Part shown: one piece after another, positions 51,344 through 62,744 of the stretch
How the letters are laid out: each line of letters opens with the position of its first letter
Numbering within the stretch: position 1 is the stretch's first letter
Assembly: GCA_977862235.1 (NCBI GenBank)
Contig: OZ374560.1
Span: forward strand, 248,001 to 312,000
Reading direction: 5' to 3'
DNA from: Dudresnaya verticillata
Taxonomy: Eukaryota
DNA: 64,000 bases
Translations under genes and position numbers: made by a program
The notes under the pieces: model-generated
The model's database searches: none
Told to the model about the DNA's origin: nothing
Seen by the model: the letters and a program-made list of their open reading frames with translations, nothing else

Positions 51344-51564
51344 CCGCTGTTTGATCTAGAGTCGGCGCCCTTTCCACAGGGCGCTGACTGTGGACTCCGG
51401 AGCCGGTGTCGACGGCGCCAAAGGAGCCGTGGTGGTTGAAGCCGGATCGGTATAACCCGTGCAATTGGACGCAGGCGTCTGTTAAGGCGCCTGCGAGGCG
51501 GGATATTCCGGGGTTGAATACACAGGGGCCTGCGAAGGCGCCTGCGGAGCGGGATAACCTGTAG

Positions 51565-51716
51565 AGTGGCAGCATAGCTGTACCGATGGCGATTACGCGT
51601 TTTGAATCCACGAGGACTACCTCGGCGAGGAGCACGACTCGTTCGACTAACTCCTTTTGGCCAAGCAGCCTAAGGCGTCGGACGCGGTGCTCGCTCGCAT
51701 CACAACAGAGGAACAT
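51565..51716 (+). repeat. Inverted copy of C pol segment 46365-46511 in C's 5' leader
   Basis: The plus strand reads QHSCTDGDYAF*IHEDYLGEEHDSFD*LLLAKQ...ITTEE; the pol frame reads QHSCTDGDCAFCDHEDYLGEEHDAFDQLLLAKQ...ITTEE. Confidence 0.9.
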
Positions 51717-51734
51717 TTCTAGGTCGAGAGACCA
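51717..51734 (-). other. Primer-binding site of C
   Basis: TGGTCTCTCGACCTAGAA next to the 5' LTR. Confidence 0.85.
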
Positions 51735-51740
51735 GAAATG

Positions 51741-52522
51741 TGTAGTGCAACCCTCCGAATGAGGGTCGCAACAAACACAAACCACGCGTCCGACGTGGGA
51801 GGGTAGCCGCGGTGACGCGTGTGAGCGCATCGGTGCGTGGTAGGGTAGAGCAAGGGGAAGGCCCCAGTTTGCGGGCTGTAAACACACACCAAAGCCCGTG
51901 TGAGCACGCAGTGAGCCGGAAGACGAGGGCTCCGGCACAACAGAAGCGTGTGAACACGAAGGTAGAAAGGTGTCAGCACCACAGGCGTACGTAGCCCAGC
52001 TCCGAAATGGCTTCACGCGCCAAACGCACGGAGGTAGGGGGTACCCTAAGTGTGGATCCGAAGCTTCGTTGTGTTTACTGTAGGAGTGTGGTCCCAGCCC
52101 CTTAAGTCCCACCGCCGGCGGCGCCGCGGCGGTGGCGAATAGGGCTACTGTACACTAGCAAATAAACTAACAGTAGGGTACAATAAACTAACACTACAGT
52201 AGCACAGTGTAGCTGCTGTACACCGACACCAGCACGCTGGAAGACTTGTAATGACGCGTGCGTGTGCGCGTGTGTCCGTGTCACGCGTGTTGCGCGTGTC
52301 TTGCACGCGCTTGCATGGTGGTGGCTGTCAGGCGGCGAGTGCGACCCTGTAAAGGCGATGGCGGGGGAAAGCCCCAGGTGGGGGGGCGGGCCCGCTATGG
52401 TGGTTGACCACTGGCCAATGGGTGAGCCCAACTTGGCGGTGCGCGTCGCGGACGCGCGTGATAGCGCGCGCGAAAAAGAGGCTATCAACCCGCTCTGCGC
52501 GGAGCCCGGGCGTTGCACCACA
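51741..52522 (-). repeat. Element C 5' LTR (782 bp, uninterrupted)
   Basis: TGTAGTGCAA...TTGCACCACA with terminal inverted repeat; followed by TSD AACGG. Confidence 0.9.
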
Positions 52523-52614
52523 AACGGCTAACCGTAGCGGGATACTTGTTCGCAACAGAGAAGGGGTCGTAAAAGTGGCGTAACCAAATCCCTAACGGCA
52601 GTGATGGCATGCCA
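52523..52614 (-). mobile_element. Old LTR F, middle fragment
   Basis: cggctaaccgtagcgggata...gcaacagagaagggg aligns to LTR A cggctaaccgagacagata...gcaacagacaagggg. Confidence 0.65.
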
Positions 52615-52879
52615 TGTGGTGTAACGAATTGTACCCTTTGACACGGAGACGTCTCGCACTATAAACGCGATGGCCATGGAGCCGAACGGGTGGCCTCGTA
52701 GCCAAAGAGAAAAAGGAAGAGGAAAAGGGGATAGCATGGTAGAGCGGGGCGACCGGTGACGAGAACCACGGTGTCAACGAATACGTGTGCGGAAGGGAGA
52801 ACTCGAGCAATCGATCACCGGGGATGATTCCGGATGCGCGGGGCTATGAAAAGCGAGGCTCTACCATATCCGCGAACAT

Positions 52880-53703
52880 TGTGGCACACGGGCTCGGCGC
52901 TTTTATTTCGTCGCCATGGGCGTATCAAGATCGCCTCGACCGACGGAGGGTCGCTTGAAACGGCTCATTTGCCGTTGGCGCGAACACGTCATCGACGATT
53001 GGCCTACGGACGCGCGGGCGCCATCCCCGTACCATGCGCGCCCGATGCACTGTCCAGCACAACGCTGTGGAGCGGATCTGGATGGCGCATCGGGATCAAC
53101 GCGGTGTAAGGTGCTCGACTGTCAGTTTGACCCCAATCCTGATCAAATCCGGATCCGACATCCGGATCAGATATCGGGATCCGCCATAATGAAAGCGCGC
53201 CTGTAATACTGCCGCCAATCGGGCTCGGAATCCGGATCGCCTACAATACCGCGCAAGCGCGCTTCTGTAAGACGCGCGCGGTATCGTACAGCGGCTGTAC
53301 CGCCCCGGGATGTGTCAGACGCACCGCCACACGACACGCGTCCCGGGTTGCCGCGCACTACGTCATGCAGCCGCCGCGCCGCGGCCCCATAGCACTAGTT
53401 AGGTACCTCGTCTAGGACGTAGCAGTAAACTCCCGGTAAGCCGGTTCGGGTCGGACTTCCACTTTCGCGTCGCGCGAAATCAACCGCTACCCGAAGCCCT
53501 AAGCGTACGTCTGCCCGCGCTTCTGCGTCTGCTACCGTTCTGGACGTGTTTCCTTTTGGGTTTTCTTCCCCTCTCTACTTGCGATTCGGGCGTCTACAGT
53601 CCGCCCCTGGCGCATCATTTCTCAACCATCACCCGTCGCCGACGCGCTACTCGCCGAGCTGAACTGCTTGGATGCGTCTACGTCAACGACAATTTGCACG
53701 ACA
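52880..53703. mobile_element. Solo LTR H, second copy (824 bp)
   Basis: TGTGGCAC...GCACGACA; TSD aacat/aacac; inverted homolog of 38132-39037. Confidence 0.75.
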
Positions 53704-53934
53704 AACACAAACTCGAAGACACCTAACACGAAGAAGAAGGGCGTTTATCGTAGACTCCGAGGTCCGGGCGTTAGTCCCTTACCGGAAACCGTCGGAGCTC
53801 AGGCCAGAAGACTGGCTAAACACTACTACTCGAGCACGGATACTCGTCAACCCGGGAGATCGTTCGTATAGGGCTAATTAGTAACGGCCTCTGAAACCGC
53901 TAACGATAGTCTCGCGTATCGTGGCGGTTACAAT

Positions 53935-54629
53935 TGTGTTATAGACGCTGTGCGCAAATCGACTCCGTGGCCTACGTGAAACTAATCGAAAAGTACGAAT
54001 TTCGAAATGACTCCGTGATCGCGCACGCCACGATGGCATTCGCATTACAGTGCCCACCAGATACGAAATCGTCGACACCTCCGTGTTATCCCGCTGTTTC
54101 CTGCGCGAACGGCTCCGAGTCCCCCGACGCGCGTGCACTTCCGTATGCATTGCTGGCGTACTCCGTAACCGCCACCATACGTGAGACGACCGTTCATTGG
54201 CTCCGAGGCCGTTACGAATTAACCGAGTACGAACCATCTCCCGGGTTGACGCGTATTCGTGCTCAAGTAGTAGTACCTAGCCAGTCGTCTGGCACGACCT
54301 CCGAGGGTTTCCGGTAAGCGACTAACGCCCGGACCTCGGAGTCTACGATAAAAGCCCTTCTTCTTTGTGTTTCGGAGTCTTCGTGTTCGTATTCGCGGAT
54401 ACGGTTGAGTCTCGCTTTTGATAGCCCCACGCACCAAGAATTGTCCCCGGTGATCGATTGCTAGAGTTCCCCCTTCCGCACACGAATACGTTGACACCGT
54501 GGTCCTTGCCGTCGGTCGCCCAGCTCTACCACGCTACCGCTCTATTCGTATTACTCCGTGTTTTCGTGGTTCCCTTACAGCTGCGAGGCTTCTCCGCGTC
54601 ACCGTGGACTACTTATTCGTTATACCACA
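53935..54629. mobile_element. Solo LTR G2 (695 bp) inserted in inverted orientation inside G1
   Basis: TGTGTTATA...TATACCACA; reverse complement aligns with G1; degenerate TSD acaat/acgag. Confidence 0.75.
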
Positions 54630-54863
54630 ACGAGATACACCAGAAAAGTATACGGAGGTGCACGCGCACCGTGGGCCTCGGAGCCGTTGGTGCAAGAATC
54701 AAACGGGAAAGCACGGAGCTGTCAGCGATTTCGTATACAGTAGGGTACTGAAATTCGAATTCCATCGTGGCGCGCGTAGTCACGGAGTCAAATCAAAATT
54801 CATATTTCTTGACTATTTCCACATAGACCACGGTGTCGATTTTCGAACAGCGCTTATACCGCA

Positions 54864-55062
54864 TACCGCAACGGGATCAGCCATATCATTCCCCATGGCG
54901 GAAACTGTAAAACAAAAGGCTGCAATTGGTTTGATGCTCAAGGTGTGCCTCCCAGATTACCTTAGAATCAGTGCCGGTGCGACCCTGACATACATGCCAG
55001 GATGTTTCGGGCCATCTGGTCTGTGTGGAAAAGACCATTCTGGTATACGGACCCGTTCCCAA
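54864..55062 (-). mobile_element. Old LTR F, right fragment (cut by element D)
   Basis: accgcaacgggatc...ttaccttagaatcagtgccggtgcgaccctgacataca aligns to LTR A accgcaacgggctc...ttaccttaggagccgctgcggtgccgccctgatataca. Confidence 0.65.
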
Positions 55063-56221
55063 TGTAGCACAGTGAAGAGCTTACAGAAGTGGGCCCAACT
55101 TTTATGTGCCGGAAAAGCTTTTCCTATGCGGCGCCCGCAGGGACAAAACTGGTACTCTATTATTGGTCCAAGTGCTACCCTGTAGGTCTGCAACTTAGTA
55201 CCTGTCTATTGTTTTAGAAATTGTGGCTTAGGATAGGGGGCTTGCATATGGCCCAGTATGACTGGTTCTACCTGACGCTCGGAGTACCATATAAGGGTAT
55301 CTCCCGAAGCGGCCACGGTACATTAAAGGGAAGAACCTTCTGGTCCCAACAGTCTCTCGAATCCATCGGCACCGCTGCACCCCCGTCACGCGAGCCCGTT
55401 TAAACGTGCGCCCAGTGAATTGCCTTCAGTATCGTGCTTCAATTTATTCTAAAGATTAAGTGCCTTCGTGGGGTTCCTCCCGCCCTACCACCGCTACCAG
55501 ATACCCGCTCTGTGGCTATCTTAATAACCGCACTCCTTGAGTACACAAGAGACCTAAAAGGCATTTCCTTACATCTGGTCTCCCGAACTAGAACCAGCAA
55601 GTCTGGTGAGCCGTTAAGACGACGACGAATATCTGAACCCAATTGCACACTGAAAAAACCAACCCAACAAGGCCCCTGCTATTCCAAGATGTCAACTCAC
55701 TCTCTACGTAGTTCCGGTGTGGTCATAAAGCAGAGCAGACCCATCGGTCCACCCTAGTTGAGGATCCGGATTCTTGCTCCACCCCCCGAGAACGCCCGGA
55801 GTAGAACAAATGGAACCGCCTGGTCAAACATCCGCCAATCCAGTAACAGGTAAACCCTCAGCTGGTCCTTCGAAAGACGTTGCAAGGCAGCCCCGCTACA
55901 CTCCACCCAAAACCGTTTGGTCAATAATGATCTAATCCGGTTCTGATCAACTGGCTACATGACGAGTTGACCCTTCGGTTACCACAATCGTTTGAAATTC
56001 TAGTGCGACACTTTCTAGAGTGTCATGGTCCAAGGACACTCTCGGAGTTTTCCGCCGCGGCTACTGACAAGGTAGTCCACTCATGTACCATCGAGCCGGA
56101 CAGTAGTCCAATCTATGGGATGTTTACCGAATTGGTTCCCCCGTTGGTTGCTCAGTTTGTAGAGATATTTAAGCAAGCAGCGGACCCTTCAACTGGACCA
56201 AAGCCTATACCCACAGGGTAA
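55063..56221 (+). mobile_element. 5' remnant of a family D element: LTR 55063-55573, PBS 55576-55594, short internal remnant (right end approximate)
   Basis: The LTR is the reverse-complement homolog of 37115-37633; TGGTCTCCCGAACTAGAAC follows it. Confidence 0.75.
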
Positions 56222-57249
56222 ACCAAGGTGGAAACAATAAGGATGACGTTATCCCTCCTGACGCGGGATGCAGCGATGCGAAGATTCAGGCACGACGTGC
56301 GCGGAGAGCGCGGTGACAGGCGATCGGCGATACGGAATGCCCGACACCAAAAAATGCACGGCGACGAGCGCCACCGCGCCGGGATCTCACGCGCAGGCGA
56401 GGTGGGATTTAGGGCGGAACAGGGGTGGGGCGCTGCCGCGGCGCCTGCACGGAGAGTCACGAGGAGGCCGGGCGCACGGAGGCGGCCGTGGCCGGCATGC
56501 GGGCGGCTCGCCGGCAGCGTGATGACTTTGCGTCGTGGCGACGGCGGCCTGCGTGTGAGAGGTGCAGTCAGTAGCAGCGGCGGCGACGGGGACGGATGGG
56601 GGCGCGGCAGGCGGGGGCGCGCTCTCGCCGGGGGGCGGACGGTCGGGGGCGTCGAGGTTGCAGATAGGGCGGGAGGCGACATGCCGTTCACGATCTGCCG
56701 CTCTGTTCAGAGAGCTCAGACGAGCTCATCGCCGTCCCGTGCCGAAACGTTCGGGAAGTACGGCGCCACCGCCGCAAATGCAAGTATTCCAGAAAAAGTA
56801 AATGCTTGCGCCGCTCGCAAAATCCTGACAAATAAACACTCTGCCCGAGCTCGCCCTCGCCTCGCCAGGTATCGTCCGCCTCTCCTCCGTTTTCCTTCAA
56901 GACTATCAAAGAGGAACACCTCGCTCCTTATGCCTAGCCGCTATCTGCGGCAAACCTCCCCGCACTCCCCCGCCCCTGGCTCTTCAAATGCCGACGAGGT
57001 CGCTGCCGCCCCAAGAATATAGCGCCCGTGCTCCAGAACGGCGTGCAACTAACGTTATAGTAACGTATCACACAGAACTGAGCGGCAGATGGGGGGCTTT
57101 CCGGAAGCAGTACGTTCACATTTACTGAAGATGTACAAACGCGCAAGATATCTCTAAACAGTGCCTTTCCACGAACCCTTTGGCGACGAGACTGGCACAG
57201 GATACAAAGCAATTTTTTCTTTGCAGCAGGCTTGAAACGGTGGGAGTCA

Positions 57250-57945
57250 CTAATACCACGACAACGAGAAGAGTGGTTTCGCCTCACTGACTTTGTTCGA
57301 GCAGTTATGGCTTGACAGGGTTCCGAAGAGGTTGAGGCTGGGGTCTTCATTTTCATCTTCTGAAGATGAATTGGAATCGTCGCTCGAGCGCCCTTCCCCA
57401 GCGTCTGCGCGACCGTCAGTACCAACTTCCTGTGTTTACTTCCCTTCCGAACTTACCGTAACCTTCTTCCTGACACGGTCACGCAGCAGAACGTCTTTCC
57501 TCAACCCTTCAGCAGCCCAGTGCCCCGCTGTGACTTCTAGAATCAGACAGCTGCGCTCCACGGCCTTTCGGACATAGCCAAGTTCAGCAGCCTTCTTTAT
57601 GGCAATATCACGCCAATTTTTGACTCCGCACTCCATCCGACAGGCGCCCTTCGACTACGGTTCTTAGTTGTAGTAGAAGGACGTCCGGATAAGACTGCTG
57701 GCTCGTCGGACCATTGTGTCGGTCAATGGTTTTCCAGAGATTGCATCGTACGGAGTTCCAAGAGCCGTCGCGCACTTCTTGTTGAAAACCTCGCGAAGGA
57801 TTCCCTGTGTCCCGACCTTTCCAGCTTGTGTCACCCTCCTCAACTCTTCACATGTCGGAAGATCTAAAAGGATGTCTTACTGAGAAGAAGACATGGGTCA
57901 CGGATAGGAACCCTTACACTCCGAATCATTTCCTCCGCGAGGCAT
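57250..57945 (-). pseudogene. Degraded ORF of unknown function
   Basis: Protein-like pieces (DLPTCEELRRVTQ...NWRDIAIKKAAELGYVRKAVERSCLILEVTAGHWAAEGL, then an acidic S/D/E stretch) broken by stops; family not recognised. Confidence 0.3.
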
Positions 57946-58919
57946 ATCGTAGATGAGCGGAGAGAAAATATTTACAAGCCGCTCAAGCTTGTACTAGTTC
58001 AAAGTTCCGGAACAGCACGATAATATGGATTAGCCTTGAGAGCAGAAGGAAGCAGTATAATTGCCGTGTTCCAGTCCTGATGGTTTCCGGTGGGGCACTT
58101 TCTCGACGAAGCAAGCAGGATTTCGATGCAGTATCTACGGTTGAATCCGAGAAAATATCTTTTTCTTCCAGTGTTATCGAATTAATCTGGGTACGCAAGC
58201 GGATGAAGGAGATGCGTACAACTTTGGGACTCGGAATTCTCATCTTCATTCGCTTTGAGAACCAAGGAGAACTAAAACTAGTCAATAAACATATATACCA
58301 TCAAGTTTGGAATATATTGACATGAAGTAGTACTTCATTCGCGTACATGTGGTCAAACGAACAGTCGAACAGCACACACTTCCCGAAGAACTGATATCTA
58401 ACATAACTAGCAAGTCATGCTCTGCGAAGAAGCAAGCCTTTCTCACTCAGCCCATATGTTTTTAAGACAAAGTCCCTTGAGTACAAGGGGCAGTGCTGAA
58501 AGGAGTATCAAACTGCTTGGCAACCCCGAGACGGAATGATGGGAATTATAGAGTACCAAAATCGTTATGTTCTGTACGTAGTTACCTATCAAAGAGGCTC
58601 GTGGGTCAATTGCTGCTCAGTGTCTGAACAAATGCATAGACTCAGAACGACAATGTACTGGGAGGTAGACAAGTAAAACATCCCAATATTTTCAATAGCA
58701 ACCACTCTAGATTTGGTTCAGGTAAGGAAGACTTGTAATGTCTCAAGGGACTGTGAAGTGAGGGATATCCCTTTTTATCGTCTTGCACACTTTTTCCGAG
58801 AAAAACTGTTTCCGGACTTTCTTTTCACTCAAAACGTTTCGAAAGCAGGTCCCACGGTTGTGCTGTTCAGGATCAGGATGATTCAAATTACTCTGAATGG
58901 AGGCGACGTAAGAAAAATC

Positions 58920-60043
58920 CCAGGCTAACCCTAATGGCGTGAGCCAGACTATGGCGTCCGCCGGGAGGAAGGCGGCATAGGCTGACGCCCCTCCATCCAA
59001 GACGGCATGGGCCACTCTCAGGAGCTGCTCGACGTCTGCCCGAGGCTCCTGAAAACCGCGCCACTGGTCCATAGGGATCTGAAGGCGCGGCGACCCTCAG
59101 CAAAGACTGTCTCAGACGGGGCTGTGTGCTACCCAGGGGCGCCTTGGCCCATCAGGGGCGGTCCGACTGATACCGATAACCCACTGAGAGGCAAGACGGG
59201 CGCGGCGGTGGACTTAGCCCCGACCGATGCCTCCCCCTCCGCGTTAGCAGAGGCCATGGGAGACGGTTTTGGGGCCGTCGAAGGCCCCGTGCCAGCCGAA
59301 TCGCGCGGCACGAAGGGTACCGCCGCTGCGGGGACCTTCCCCGAGCCGGAGGGCGTCGGTGACCTCGAACGACTGAGGTCGAGCACCCTCGCCACACTTG
59401 GTGCCTCGTGGCGCGAAGGCTGCCCCGCGGATACCTCTCCCCACGGGGACGCGGGTTCAGCGCTCGTGTGGGCAGTGCGGCCCCCGCGAGATGGGCCAGT
59501 CGGCTGGAAGACCCGAGCAGCCGCTACTGGGCGAGGGGCGGCAGAGGCCGCCCCACTCGGGTTCTTCACCCCCTTTCCCTGTGCCGACGCGAGGGCCACC
59601 GCCTCCGACCAGGCGTCGGCAGCCGGATTCGGGACCGGACGGGCGTCTAAGCCACGTGGTTCACCCACCGCCACCTCTATGGCAGTGGGCGCAACAGACG
59701 TCGATGGGGCCCCGGGCGCGATCGTCGAAGGTCGCGCCTCTTGTGGCGAAGAGGCCCGCCCTTCGACCCCCGACGAAGGCCGTGCCTCTTCTTGATCAAC
59801 CGTTTGCGGTTGCACTTCTGCGGGAGCGGCCGCCGAAGGCCGCGCCAGCTCAGGCCGGGCCGTCGAAGGCCGCGCCTTCCCACCGATAGGAGCCTAACGC
59901 GCCGGCTCGGTGGGGGCCTCCGCGTCAGGTGATGGCGTGGGTGGCGGCACAGTCGGCACCTCCTCGGCGGGGGCGCCGCTCGCGCGGGTAGCGCGCTTCC
60001 CCATCATCGCGTCGACGCTGATGGTGTCGGAAATAGGGAACAT
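58920..60043 (-). pseudogene. Probable antisense ORF of element E (N-terminal part)
   Basis: MFPISDTISVDAMMGKRATR... is in frame with 59129-59815 across one stop; A/P/S-rich; it frameshifts into DQWRGFQEPRADVEQLLRV... and is then truncated. Confidence 0.5.
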
Positions 60044-61185
60044 TAGTACCCGTCGAAGCGGAAACTGTTGAGGGCATGGCACTGGTCGACGAGCAGCTAT
60101 ACGCGCGGGGGAGTTGACGTTCGTGATGAGCGATGAACAGACCACCCCTCGGAGCCGCAGAGGTAGCTCCCTAAATAGCCCGTCGCGGCTCAGCTCGTGC
60201 ACATCCGACATGGCATCGACGCCCATCACCGACGGACGCCCGGGGCCCGCTGGCCAATCCTGGGCGCAGTCTTGCCACCCCACAGCGTGCCCGTTGAAAC
60301 TGTCGCGACCGAGGCGTTCGCGCTTGAGGGGTGTGTGTGTGGCATAGCGGCAAGACCAGCGGTGCAACGCATGCGCAGCTGTAAGACCAGCTGCGACGCG
60401 AACACGGCTGTAAGACCAGCCGCCCTGTGCGTACGCTGTCAGCCGGTGGCGCCGGCCCCGCTGGAGCTGTAAGTCAGTGCGCTGTGGCGGCCACGTGTAC
60501 ACGTGTGACACTGACACTCTCGTGTAATTTCTACGTTTGTTTTTTGTATGTAGTGTACTATACCGTCTAGTGTAAGCGGCGATCAAAAGACTTGCTGTCC
60601 GACGCGCCGCGCGCACGCACTCCGGCGTAGAGCCGTTGAGTGCATGACACGCGCGCGCGCACTCCGACGTCGAGCCGTTGAGTATGTGTGGACTGTTTCG
60701 CCCATGCGCGCATTCGGGCTACCGTTACCCGTACGCATCGACGCGTGTCGGGAAGCGCCGGCGCAACTCCCGCGTTGGTGCCGCCGCAGGCCCTGTAGCC
60801 TATTTAGTAGCCGCCCCTCTGGGCTTGAGTAAACAAAGGCAAGCCAGCCTACGCCAGGCTTGCCCCTTTCTGCTTTGGGTTTCTTTCCCAGTCTTTCACC
60901 CTACGGCTTCCCTCCTTCCCTAGACGCCTAGGCTTTCCTTTTCCTGTCCCTACCGTCAGTTTCTTGCCGCCCCACGACGGGGACGCAGGGATCCGACCAC
61001 TGCCGCCCACGTACGGTTCGCCCCGTGCGCGCTCCGGCTTCGACGCCGTAGATCCGCGACCGTCGACGGCGCGCGCGGCCGACACCACCGCTGTACCACC
61101 TACCACTACTACCCTTCGACGGGTGTGGGTGCGACGACGAGACCAGTCGCGCTAGACATCAGTTCGACCTGACGTCTATGCCACA
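58920..61185 (+). mobile_element. 3' remnant of a family E element: antisense ORF fragment plus 3' LTR 60338-61185 (left end approximate)
   Basis: LTR TGTGGCATAG...CTATGCCACA (perfect 10-bp inverted ends), preceded by a weak purine tract GAGGGG; no TSD; GC content changes at ~58920. Confidence 0.7.
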
Positions 61186-62744
61186 GCCTGCAAGGTTCTC
61201 GAGAAACACTGTATGTAATTGGATGGTATAGACTGAACTGGCGCCATCAAACACACTACCACGCTCCGCAACAGAACTATCAGCGGCATGATGGTGACGC
61301 ATGTAACAGGCATCGGATATGCGGATAAACTTCGTAAAAGTAAAGGGCAAACGGCTTCCGACAAGCCTCGTCTCCACTCACACATTGATCGTACTGACCA
61401 AGAAACCAAGCCCTACCGGGTATGTTGTTCTCAACGCCGCCATGCCTAGACAAATAGAACTGAATTCATGAAGGAGTCGAACCGAAGAAGAGAAATTTAT
61501 CAGAGAAAGTTACATCAGCTGAATATCGCGCAATGACACATAACTTGTCCTCCTGGCCATGAAATATGTACTATTCCTAAACCGATTCCTTTCTGTACTC
61601 GTAATAGTACAGCTGAATCTCACCCATTGCTTAACCCTGGATATAAAACTGTCAAGGAATGTCTGCGATAAGTACCGGGAACGCATTCCTCGCTCGCGTG
61701 GCAAGAATCCGAACCCTACAAGTATTCCCAAATTTTTACTTAATACCCGCTTCCAAATCGGAGAACGAATGGACGCTGCTACCGGCAGTGTCAGACGCCA
61801 AGCGCTTCAGTGAATGTGAGCTGCTGGACAAGCCCCTCCAGTCTGGCGGCCGTTCCGCTCCACCGCGCAGCGTAAATTACCCGTATCGCCTCTCCCGGCT
61901 CTTGATGCGAGTCTCCTCGAAGCGCAGTCGGTCCCAAGCTCTTTGAGGTCTGGAGGGCATTTCCGTCGCGTAGAGGGTGTCTTTTCTAGATCCGATAAGA
62001 AAAGTATGAAGCCTGTTCTCTCCGCGTGATGGGAGCGGCTGACACTCCTCATCGCACTGTACCTTAACCTGGGACCCTGTATGGAATCGGTCCTTTGAAC
62101 CTCTCGTCTCGCCAACCACACAAAACAACCGGAAGTATCCAAATTGTGAGAACGCTGCCACGCGTCTCAAGCACTTCTCCGCAGATCATTGTGGTGCAAT
62201 TCACTGGAGTAAACACAATGGAGGATATACCTCGGGCTTTTTGGGGGGCCGTGAATAGCAAGGGATGGTTATTACAGCTGGGTAATGCCCCTTGGTGCGA
62301 CTGTAAAGCACCAAAAGACAGAAAAACTGGAGGAACCCAATAATAGAGGAAAAACGAAGAAAATGGGAAACCAGGGTTCTGTATGATGAAGAAGGGGTAC
62401 CCATGCACTGGATGCCCTTCTAAAGACGAACGCATCGGTCAAGGGCAGGGAGGTGTGTGCCGTGGAGCCCGAGCTTCACTGTTTTCCTGAATGAGGGCGC
62501 GTCCCTCGCTATAATATACTATCTACAAGGCTGGCGCGCCGCGGTGGAGGATTACAATAGTAAAGGGAGGGCGTGCCACTTCTCATTGCGTGTCGCGCAC
62601 AAATAAATAATTATCTAGAACATATCAACTGCCCGAACCCTGGCAGGGTGAGCTGATAGCGGGCGCCGAGGGCGCACACGGGCACGCTTGTGCCCGTTGT
62701 CGTCTTGAGGGGCCATCCATGCTGGGAGCGGGCGTTGGGGGCTG

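Larger units (their letters stand above)
16971..52522 (-). mobile_element. Ty3/Gypsy chromodomain LTR retrotransposon C (decayed, carrying nested insertions)
   Basis: TSD AACGG at 16966-16970 and 52523-52527; 5' LTR 51741-52522; split 3' LTR; PBS 51717-51734; PPT 38019-38030; gag-PR-RT-RH-INT-chromo order on the minus strand. Confidence 0.9.
52615..54863. mobile_element. Solo LTR G1, interrupted by H (52880-53703) and an inverted G2
   Basis: TGTGGTGTAA...TTATACCGCA; pieces 52615-52879, 53704-53934 and 54630-54863 align colinearly to the reverse complement of G2; degenerate TSD tgcca/taccg. Confidence 0.75.

Noticed and set aside
50703..52112. 469-aa ORF as a real gene
   Set aside because: It runs through the LTR, PBS and inverted pol copy before entering gag. 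Only the 3' part is plausibly coding.
52615..54629. Apparent foldback/MITE element with long terminal inverted repeats
   Set aside because: It resolves into solo LTR G2 inserted inversely in LTR G1. G1 homology continues to 54863 and the apparent ends have no TSD.
56152..57022. 264-aa and 179-aa GC-rich ORFs, or a MITE
   Set aside because: The translations are Arg/Gly/Pro-rich and typical of GC-rich non-coding DNA; I found no convincing TIRs or TSD.
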